Assembly: GCF_000689415.1 (NCBI RefSeq)
Contig: NZ_HG322950.1
Span: 1,978,769-2,002,768, forward strand
Origin: Pseudomonas knackmussii B13
GTDB lineage: Bacteria > Pseudomonadota > Gammaproteobacteria > Pseudomonadales > Pseudomonadaceae
Length of the DNA stretch: 24,000 nt
Direction: 5' to 3'
A program made the position numbers and the translations under genes. This document shows positions 1-7,861 of the stretch, one piece after another. Position 1 is the stretch's first letter; the number at the start of each line of letters is the position of its first letter. The notes under the pieces were generated by a model. The model did no database searches, was not told the DNA's origin, and saw only the letters and a program-made list of their open reading frames with translations.

Positions 1-882
1 CGTGCCGGCTTCGACGTGCATTTCCTGCTGCGCAGCGAGTACGCCGCGGTAGCCGAAAACGGCCTGCGATTAAACAGCCAGGTGCATGGCGCCCTGGCGC
101 TGGAGTCAGTTCAGGCGTACCACGATGTCGCCGACATGCCACCCTGCGACTGGGTGCTGGTTGGCGCCAAGACCACCAGCAATGCCGAACTGGCCCCGAT
201 AATCGCCCGCGCGGCGGCGCCAGGTGCGAAGGTCCTGCTGCTGCAGAATGGCTTCGCGGTGGAAGAGGGCATGCGCGCGCTGCTGCCGGACTCGCTGCAC
301 CTGCTCGGCGGCCTTTGCTACATCTGCGTGCATCGATCGGCACCGGGTGTCGTCGAGCACCAGGCGCTGGGGGCGGTACACCTTGGCTATCACTCGGGGC
401 CTGCGGTCGATTCGGAGGCGCAACTGGCGATCGCTGAAGAGGGATCGGCGATGTTCCGCGCCGCCGGCCTGGATTCCAAGGCCATGCCGAACCTGGAGCA
501 AGCGCGCTGGCAGAAACTCGTCTGGAACATCCCCTACAACGGTCTTTCGGTGCTGCTCGATAGCGGCACCCGCGATCTCATGGCCAGCCCGGACAGTCGC
601 GCATTGATCGCCGCGATCATGGACGAGGTCATGCAGGGAGCCGCAGCTTGTGGCCATGAATTGCCTGCCGGCTATCCGGCGGCGATGCTCGACGCCACCG
701 AGCGCATGCCGGACTACCTGCCGAGCATGTACCACGATTTTGCCCAGCATCGTCCGCTGGAGCTGCAAGCCATTTATGGAGCGCCCTTGGCTGCCGCTGC
801 GCAGGCAGGCGCACAGCTGCCTCGCATCGAGTCATTGCTGGCTGCGCTACGTTTCCTGGATGCACGCAATCAGCAACGCTGA
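1..882 (+). CDS. panE: 2-dehydropantoate 2-reductase (ketopantoate reductase, ApbA/PanE family), 5'-truncated by the window edge
   Basis: The frame is open from nt 1 (RAGFDVHFLLRSEY...). It carries the C-terminal-domain signature W-Q-K-L-V-W-N-I-P-Y-N-G-L-S-V-L typical of ketopantoate reductases, and stops at 880-882. The GTG at 16 in the ORF track is probably internal. Confidence 0.72.
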   Translation, partial: RAGFDVHFLLRSEYAAVAENGLRLNSQVHGALALESVQAYHDVADMPPCDWVLVGAKTTSNAELAPIIARAAAPGAKVLLLQNGFAVEEGMRALLPDSLHLLGGLCYICVHRSAPGVVEHQALGAVHLGYHSGPAVDSEAQLAIAEEGSAMFRAAGLDSKAMPNLEQARWQKLVWNIPYNGLSVLLDSGTRDLMASPDSRALIAAIMDEVMQGAAACGHELPAGYPAAMLDATERMPDYLPSMYHDFAQHRPLELQAIYGAPLAAAAQAGAQLPRIESLLAALRFLDARNQQR

Positions 883-895
883 GGGAGAGACAAGC

Positions 896-1804
896 ATGGC
901 GGCAGGGCTGGGCGACAAGCTGGTGGTGGCGATTTCCTCGCGGGCATTGTTCGACCTGCGTGAAAGCCACGAGGTCTACGAGAACGATGGGGTTGAAGCC
1001 TACCGCCAGTACCAGATCTCCCATGAGGACGAGGTGCTGCAGCCTGGCGATGCGTTTTCGCTGGTGCAGAAGCTGCTGGCTCTGAATGCGCGGCTGGAGC
1101 GGCAACTGGTGGAGGTGGTGCTGGTCTCGCGCAACAGCGCAGATACCGGCCTGCGCGTGTTCAATTCCATCCAGCAGCACGGCCTGGAGATTTCCCGCGC
1201 GGCCTTCTCCGGCGGCAGCAGTCCCTATCTGTACCTCAAGGCCTTTGGCTGCCACCTGTTCCTCTCGACCCACGTAGAGGATGTGCGCGGCGCGCTGGAG
1301 AACGGCTTCGCTGCGGCGACCATCCTTTCTGGCGGTGCTCAGCGCGATGCGGCGGATGAATTGCGGTTCGCCTTCGATGGCGATGCCGTGCTGTTCTCCG
1401 ACGAGGCCGAGCGGGTGTTCCAGCAAGGCGGGCTGGAAGCCTTCCAGAACCGCGAGCGCGAATCCGCTCGCGAGCCCTTGGGCGGCGGCCCGTTCAAACC
1501 TTTCCTGGCCGCGCTGAACCGTGTGCAGCGCGCCTTCCCCCAGGCGTCCTGCCCGATCCGCACGGCGCTGGTTACCGCGCGCTCGGCGCCGGCTCACGAG
1601 CGGGTGATCCGCACCCTGCGCGAGTGGGATATTCGTCTCGACGAGTCGCTGTTCCTCGGCGGCCTGGACAAATCGGCCTTCCTCGAGGCGTTTTCCGCCG
1701 ATGTGTTCTTCGACGACCAGCCGGGGCATTGCGAGCGTGCCAGCAAGGTCGTCGCGACTGGCCATGTGCCGCACGGGGTAAGCAACGAGAAAGTTGCCAA
1801 CTGA
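896..1804 (+). CDS. 5'-nucleotidase family protein (cytosolic 5'-nucleotidase-like; I recall this as Pfam PF06189)
   Basis: ATG at 896 is preceded by GAGGGAGAG (881-889). The product starts MAAGLGDKLVVAISSRALFDLRESHEVYENDGVEAYRQYQ... and ends ...FFDDQPGHCERA, which matches my memory of this family. The ORF-track extension back to 650 overlaps panE and looks spurious. Confidence 0.68.
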   Translation: MAAGLGDKLVVAISSRALFDLRESHEVYENDGVEAYRQYQISHEDEVLQPGDAFSLVQKLLALNARLERQLVEVVLVSRNSADTGLRVFNSIQQHGLEISRAAFSGGSSPYLYLKAFGCHLFLSTHVEDVRGALENGFAAATILSGGAQRDAADELRFAFDGDAVLFSDEAERVFQQGGLEAFQNRERESAREPLGGGPFKPFLAALNRVQRAFPQASCPIRTALVTARSAPAHERVIRTLREWDIRLDESLFLGGLDKSAFLEAFSADVFFDDQPGHCERASKVVATGHVPHGVSNEKVAN

Positions 1805-1887
1805 AGCCGGCGGCGCGCCGTCGGTGGTCTTCTCCAGTTGCTGCTACGCTGCTCTAAGGCCCGCCGTTCCAGGCAGTGGGAGGCCGC

Positions 1888-2373
1888 ATGATCCGCTCCA
1901 TTCTCTATGCCACCGATCTTGGTCTTTACGCGCCTTACGTCCTGCAACACGCCTTGTCGCTGACTCGCGCTTATTCGGCTGAACTCTATGTAGTACATGC
2001 GGTAGAGCCGATGGGGCTGTTCGCCGATTCGGTGCTGCAGACCTATCTGGATAGCGAAACCCTGGCCGAGCTGCGCGCTTCGGGGATGCAGACGGTGATG
2101 GGCAATATCGAGAAGCGGGTGATGGAAGGCTTTCGCGATGAACTGGGCGAGCTGCAGCCGGACGCAGGGCTGATCCGCTCGGTGCGCGTGATGCTGGGCG
2201 ACCCGCCCATGGTGATCCTCGAAGAGGCGCAGCGCCTGGGTGTGGACCTGATCGTCGCGGGCAGCCACAGCCACGGAGACGGGCTCAATACGCCCCTGGG
2301 GCGAACCGCCGCGCGCGTGGTGCAACTGGCCGAGGTGCCGGTGTACCTGGTGCCGATGCTCCAGCATCGTTGA
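1888..2373 (+). CDS. universal stress protein (UspA family)
   Basis: MIRSILYATDLGLYAPYVLQHALSLTRAYSAELYVVHAVEP ... VDLIVAGSHSHG ... ARVVQLAEVPVYLVP is the classic Usp alpha/beta pattern. ATG at 1888 follows GGGAGG (1878-1883); GTG at 1876 is an alternative start. Confidence 0.85.
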   Translation: MIRSILYATDLGLYAPYVLQHALSLTRAYSAELYVVHAVEPMGLFADSVLQTYLDSETLAELRASGMQTVMGNIEKRVMEGFRDELGELQPDAGLIRSVRVMLGDPPMVILEEAQRLGVDLIVAGSHSHGDGLNTPLGRTAARVVQLAEVPVYLVPMLQHR

Positions 2374-2502
2374 GTACGACGAGCGGCGCAGTGGCACGCA
2401 GCCGCTCTGCAATGGAGCTTCGCGCGATTCTGCAGGGAAACGGACGGGGACTTTGGACGAGTGGTAGGCAGGTTCCCAAAAAACGTCTAACTTTATTCCC
2501 TA

Positions 2503-3546
<1,044 letters not shown>

Positions 3547-3568
3547 GCCTGAATATCGAAAACGAAAA

Positions 3569-3596
3569 CGCCCGGCATTGCCGGGCGCTTTCATTT
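3569..3596. terminator. bidirectional rho-independent terminator between cysB and the convergent PAP2 gene
   Basis: Stem CGCCCGGC (3569-3576), loop ATT, stem GCCGGGCG (3580-3587), followed by CTTTCATTT. It is preceded by GAAAACGAAAA, which is T-rich on the minus strand. Confidence 0.7.
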
Positions 3597-3602
3597 GGGC
3601 GA

Positions 3603-4232
3603 TCAGTCTCGTACCCAACCTCGCGCTATGGCGGGTGCCAGGCAGCGCCGATACAGATTCTCCGCCTGCTGTGTGAGGGGCGCGCCGTGACGTTGCCAGA
3701 GCACCCAGACCAGGCTGTTGCCGACGGCCGATACGGCCAGGGCGCCGAGCATGTCGAGCGGGAAGTGGATGCCCAGGTAGACCCGTGCATATCCGACCGC
3801 CAGGCCAACCAGCCCAAGCGCTGCGCCCAGCAGGTAGGCATCGTCGAACAGTAGGCTCAGGGCCACGCTGGCGAAGATGGTGAGGTGGTCACTGGGGAAG
3901 GAGGCATTGTCCGCATGCTGCAGCCAGGCGTGCCCCAGGCCGATGGCGAAGGGGCGTGGATGCGGCCAGAGAGCGCCGATCAGGAATCCCATCAGCAGGG
4001 CAACGACGGTGACCGAAAGCGCTCGCAGCAGAGCACCGCGCTTTGCGCGGTCTCCCCAGCACCAGAGGCCAAGCAGGAGCGGCGGCAACAGGAAGAGCGG
4101 CACCGTCGCCACGAAACGGGCGCAGCCCAGCAGCCAGGTCGGCGTGTCGGGGCCGGCGTTGATAGCCAGGAAGACCTGGTGGTTGAGGTGCTCCAGCAGG
4201 CTGGACGAGGACACGAGGTGAGGGCTTTGCAT
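3603..4232 (-). CDS. PAP2-family phosphatase, probably an undecaprenyl-diphosphatase (BcrC/YbjG-like) integral membrane protein
   Basis: It has the PAP2 motifs ...ASFPSDHLTIFASVAL... and ...RVYLGIHFPLDMLGA..., plus multiple hydrophobic helices. I place the start at ATG 4232 (MQSPHLV...); the ORF-track TTG at 4256 is an alternative. Neither start has a good Shine-Dalgarno sequence. Confidence 0.8.
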   Translation of the reverse strand: MQSPHLVSSSSLLEHLNHQVFLAINAGPDTPTWLLGCARFVATVPLFLLPPLLLGLWCWGDRAKRGALLRALSVTVVALLMGFLIGALWPHPRPFAIGLGHAWLQHADNASFPSDHLTIFASVALSLLFDDAYLLGAALGLVGLAVGYARVYLGIHFPLDMLGALAVSAVGNSLVWVLWQRHGAPLTQQAENLYRRCLAPAIARGWVRD

Positions 4233-4349
4233 GAAGAGTCGGAACCGCTTGAGCAACGGGGCTCGTGGCGAGCCCGCACGGCCGCACTCTAAGGGGCGAA
4301 GAATGAACGCGGCATTAACCGGCGGTGAAAAAAATGTCGCGAGAAGGCG

Positions 4350-4694
4350 TCAGAGGTGATCGAGGTCGTTCCGTGCGGCCAGTTCGGCCAGCACCTCGGG
4401 GTCGTCCGCAGGGGCGGGGCCACGGCCTTCGAGAATCTCGTGGAGGAAGCTCATGAACACCGTGAAGACCTGCTCGCGACCGTCGTCATGGCGCACCACG
4501 AAGAAGGGGGCGGTTTCCACGCCATACTGCGCGGCGACCATCCAGCCGCTGCTGGACGGATTGCGCTCGTCGGCGACCAGCACGCGATCGATGCGATCGA
4601 GATAGCCGCCGCGCTCCAGGCGCTGCTGGACGTCCTTGCATTTGCCGCAGTCCTCGCCATCGGCGAGGACCTTCTTCACCAGGGTGATACGCAT
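4350..4694 (-). CDS. small thioredoxin-fold (glutaredoxin-like) protein with a CGKC redox motif
   Basis: 114 aa, beginning MRITLVKKVLADGEDCGKCKDVQQRLERGGYLDRIDRVLVAD... The layout is beta-strand, CxxC (nt 4638-4649), then helix, as in Grx/NrdH-like proteins. It lies 61 bp downstream of cysH on the same strand. Confidence 0.6.
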   Translation of the reverse strand: MRITLVKKVLADGEDCGKCKDVQQRLERGGYLDRIDRVLVADERNPSSSGWMVAAQYGVETAPFFVVRHDDGREQVFTVFMSFLHEILEGRGPAPADDPEVLAELAARNDLDHL

Positions 4695-4755
4695 CGATCT
4701 ACCTCGTCTGCTGTCCCGGTAGAGCAGGGCGCAGGTGCAAACCTGCGGCCCATCT

Positions 4756-5490
4756 TCAGCCCTTGCTGATCAGGTTGCCGGCGTGCAGCCCGCATTCCTT
4801 CTGGGTGGCTTCTTCCCACCACCAGCGGCCTTCGCGCTCGTGCTGGTTCGGCAGCACCGGACGGGTGCAGGGCTCGCAGCCGATGCTGATGAAGCCGCGC
4901 TCGTGCAGGCTGTTGTAGGGAATCTCCAGCATGCGGATGTAGGCCCAGACTTCCTCGCTGCTCATGTTGGCCAGCGGGTTGAACTTGTATAGCGGTTTCT
5001 CCGGGGTGGAGAAGGCGCCATCCAGCTCGACCACCGCGACCTGGCTGCGGGTGCCGGGGCTCTGGTCCTTGCGCTGGCCGGTGGCCCAGGCGGTTACGGT
5101 GGAGAGCTTGCGACGCAGCGGCTCGATCTTGCGGATGCCGCAGCATTCTCCGTGGCCATCCTTGTAGAAACTGAACAGGCCTTTCTCTTTAACGAAGGGT
5201 TCCAGAAGACGCGGATCGGGCGTCATCACCTCGATGGCGATGCCGTAGTGCTCGCGCACCTGCTCGATGAATCGGTAGGTCTCCGGGTGCAGACGGCCGG
5301 TGTCCAGGCTGAACACCTTGACGTTCTTGTTGATCTTCCAGGCCATGTCCAGCAGCACCACGTCCTCGGCACCGCTGAAGGAGATCCACAGGTCGTCGCC
5401 GAAGTGCTCGAAAGCGAACTTGAGGATGTCCTGGGGGGACTTGCTGGCGTAAGTCGCGGCGACTTCCGCTACATCGAAGGGGTGGCTCAT
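4756..5490 (-). CDS. cysH: adenosine 5'-phosphosulfate (APS)/PAPS reductase, Fe-S cluster type
   Basis: [10 protein letters not shown]...[35 protein letters not shown]... The Cys pair HGECCGIRK and [10 protein letters not shown] are the [4Fe-4S] ligands diagnostic of APS reductases, and the C-terminal catalytic KECGLH motif is present. I prefer ATG 5490; TTG 5547 (ORF track) is an alternative longer start. Confidence 0.92.
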   Translation of the reverse strand: MSHPFDVAEVAATYASKSPQDILKFAFEHFGDDLWISFSGAEDVVLLDMAWKINKNVKVFSLDTGRLHPETYRFIEQVREHYGIAIEVMTPDPRLLEPFVKEKGLFSFYKDGHGECCGIRKIEPLRRKLSTVTAWATGQRKDQSPGTRSQVAVVELDGAFSTPEKPLYKFNPLANMSSEEVWAYIRMLEIPYNSLHERGFISIGCEPCTRPVLPNQHEREGRWWWEEATQKECGLHAGNLISKG

Positions 5491-5678
5491 CAGGCGGCTT
5501 CCAGTTGTTCTTGCGCGGTGCGCTGTAGTGGCCGCCGATCTTAGCAAAGAGGCGGATATGCCCCTAAATAACCATCAGGAAGGGTGACTGCATTGTTTGG
5601 GTATAAGGGCCGCGTTGCGCCGGCTCGGGCGAGCCGCTAGAGTGCCGCCTTCTGTCAAATCCTGCGGGGAAAACGTTC

Positions 5679-6296
5679 GTGGAAATCGCCTGTCTCGACC
5701 TGGAAGGGGTTCTGGTTCCGGAAATCTGGATCGCCTTCGCTGAAAAAACCGGTATCGATGCGCTGAAGGCGACGACCCGCGACATTCCCGACTACGACGT
5801 GCTGATGAAGCAGCGCCTGCGCATCCTCGACGAGCACGGCCTGAAGCTGTCCGACATCCAGGAAGTGATCGCCACCCTCAAGCCGCTGGAAGGCGCGGTG
5901 GAGTTCGTCGACTGGCTGCGCGAGCGCTTCCAGGTGGTGATCCTCTCCGACACCTTCTATGAGTTCTCCCAGCCGCTGATGCGCCAGCTCGGTTTCCCGA
6001 CCCTGCTGTGCCACAAGCTGGTCACCGACGAGACCGATCGCGTGGTGGGCTACCAACTGCGCCAGAAAGATCCCAAGCGTCAGTCGGTGATCGCCCTCAA
6101 GAGCCTGTACTACCGTGTGATCGCCGCCGGCGACTCGTACAACGACACCACCATGCTCAGCGAAGCCCATGCCGGCATCCTGTTCCATGCGCCGGAGAAC
6201 GTGATCCGCGAGTTCCCGCAGTTCCCGGCGGTGCACACCTACGAGGACCTGAAGCAGGAATTCCTCAAGGCGTCGAACCGCGAGCTCAGCCTGTAA
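5679..6296 (+). CDS. thrH: phosphoserine phosphatase / homoserine phosphotransferase ThrH (HAD superfamily)
   Basis: 205 aa with a GTG start: MEIACLDLEGVLVPEIWIAFAEKTGIDALKATTRDIPDYDVLMKQRLRILDEHGL... This is near-identical to my memory of P. aeruginosa ThrH. The HAD motifs DLEGV and GDSYNDTTML are present. Confidence 0.92.
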   Translation: MEIACLDLEGVLVPEIWIAFAEKTGIDALKATTRDIPDYDVLMKQRLRILDEHGLKLSDIQEVIATLKPLEGAVEFVDWLRERFQVVILSDTFYEFSQPLMRQLGFPTLLCHKLVTDETDRVVGYQLRQKDPKRQSVIALKSLYYRVIAAGDSYNDTTMLSEAHAGILFHAPENVIREFPQFPAVHTYEDLKQEFLKASNRELSL

Positions 6297-6318
6297 TTTC
6301 GGCTGTGTAAACGAAAAT

Positions 6319-6341
6319 GGCCCGCTGACGCGGGCCTTTTT
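6319..6341. terminator. rho-independent terminator shared by thrH (+) and the convergent pabB (-)
   Basis: GGCCCGC (6319-6325), loop TGAC, GCGGGCC (6330-6336), then TTTTT (6337-6341). GAAAAT precedes the stem, which gives a U-tract for the minus strand. Confidence 0.75.
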
Positions 6342-6353
6342 CATGCGTGGGAT

Positions 6354-7697
6354 TTACAGCTGCTCCAGGGTTCGCAGCAGCACATCGACCTTGGTCAGCG
6401 ATTCCTCGTACTCGGCTTCCCAGTTCGAGTCGGCAACGATGCCGCCGCCGCCCCAGCAACTGGCCTGGCCGTCTTTCACCAGCACAGTGCGGATGGTGAT
6501 GGAGCTGTCCAACTCGCCGCGCACGTCGAGGTAGAACAGGCTGCCGCAGTAGATGTTGCGGCGAGTCGGTTCCAGCTCGTCGATGATCTGCATGGCGCGG
6601 ATCTTCGGCGCACCGGTGATGGAGCCGCCGGGGAAGCTGCCGAGCAGCAGGTCGAGGGCGTCCTTGTCCGGCGCCAGTTCGCCGGTGACGCTACTGACCA
6701 GGTGGTGCACGTTGGGGTAGCTCTCCAGGGCGAACAGCTCCGGCACTCGCACACTGCCTGGCGTGCAGCTGCGCCCCAGGTCGTTGCGCAGCAGGTCGAC
6801 GATCATCAGGTTCTCCGCGCGGTCCTTCTCGCTGGCCAGCAGCGCTTCGGCGTTCGCTGCGTCCTCTTCCGGCGTGCGCCCGCGGGGGCGGGTGCCCTTG
6901 ATCGGGCGGGTCTCCACCTGGCGCTTGTGCATCTGGATGAAGCGTTCCGGCGACAGGCTGAGGATCGCGCCTTCTTCCAGCGCCAGGTAGCCGGCGAAGG
7001 GTGTCGGGCAGGCCTGGCGCAGCGCCTGATAGGCCAGCCACGGCGAGCCGCTGCAGGGGGCTTGGAAACGCTGGGTGTAGTTCACCTGGTAACAGTCGCC
7101 GGCAAGGATGTAGCCCTGTACGCGCTCCAGCGCTTCGCGGTACTGCGCCTTTTCCAGGTCCGGGCGGAAGCCGCGTTGCAGGCGGAAGGGCTCTTCCGCG
7201 TGTGCCGGCTCGCCGCTTTCGAACAGCGCCATCAAGCGCTGGCGCTCGTCCTGACCCAGATGCGGATGAAACACCAGCTGGCTCGTGCGCTGCTGGTGGT
7301 CGCTAATTAGCGCCCAGGTGTACAGACCGACACGCGCCTCGGGTAGACCCAGGTCGTCGGCGCTGCATTGCGGCAGCCGTTCGATGCGCCGGCCGAAGTC
7401 ATAACTCAGATAGCCGATCACTCCCCCGACGAATGGCAGATCCGGAATTTCGGCCGGTTGCAGATTGCCGAGGCTCTGCAAGGCGTCTCGCAGGCGATCG
7501 AAGAAATCCTTGGCCGATTCGTCAGTGCCTGGCGCCAGTTCTGCCAATGGCCAGGCGCTCATAAGGTCATAGCGTCCACGTGTGGCCACTGGCCTGCCTG
7601 CATCAAGCAGGACGGCGCCTGGAGCCCGACTGATGCGCGTGAAATACGCGGCAGGATCTTCCCGATAGGGCAGAGGGTGTACGAGGTAATGGGACAT
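6354..7697 (-). CDS. pabB: aminodeoxychorismate synthase component I
   Basis: 447 aa chorismate-utilising enzyme with ...RPIKGTRPRG... (the Lys in PIKGT is typical of PabB rather than TrpE) and ...FPGGSITGAPKIRAMQIIDELE... Confidence 0.9.
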   Translation of the reverse strand: MSHYLVHPLPYREDPAAYFTRISRAPGAVLLDAGRPVATRGRYDLMSAWPLAELAPGTDESAKDFFDRLRDALQSLGNLQPAEIPDLPFVGGVIGYLSYDFGRRIERLPQCSADDLGLPEARVGLYTWALISDHQQRTSQLVFHPHLGQDERQRLMALFESGEPAHAEEPFRLQRGFRPDLEKAQYREALERVQGYILAGDCYQVNYTQRFQAPCSGSPWLAYQALRQACPTPFAGYLALEEGAILSLSPERFIQMHKRQVETRPIKGTRPRGRTPEEDAANAEALLASEKDRAENLMIVDLLRNDLGRSCTPGSVRVPELFALESYPNVHHLVSSVTGELAPDKDALDLLLGSFPGGSITGAPKIRAMQIIDELEPTRRNIYCGSLFYLDVRGELDSSITIRTVLVKDGQASCWGGGGIVADSNWEAEYEESLTKVDVLLRTLEQL

Positions 7698-7861
7698 AGG
7701 TGGGGTGAGGGCGCTCCAAGCAGGGGCTGCTGCTTGTCTGAAAAGTCCGATGCTAGAGCCGTTTCCTCGGTTTACGTAGGAAAGGCATTCTGATAAGAAT
7801 TGGATTATCCCGCGGAAGCCATGCTCCGTACCACAACGATAATGAAACAGGGATATAGGCC

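Noticed and set aside
650-895. Upstream extension of the 5'-nucleotidase ORF (ORF-track start at 650), and the 381-aa antisense ORF at 629..1774
   Set aside because: The extension overlaps the 3' end of panE in another frame and encodes Cys/Arg/Trp-rich nonsense. A strong RBS plus ATG at 896 gives the conserved family N-terminus. The antisense ORF is a shadow frame.
4258-4274. Inverted repeat GGGCTCG-TGG-CGAGCCC between the Grx-like gene and the PAP2 gene, as a terminator
   Set aside because: It has no U-tract on the minus strand and abuts the possible TTG start of the PAP2 gene. There is not enough evidence to call it a terminator or a regulator.
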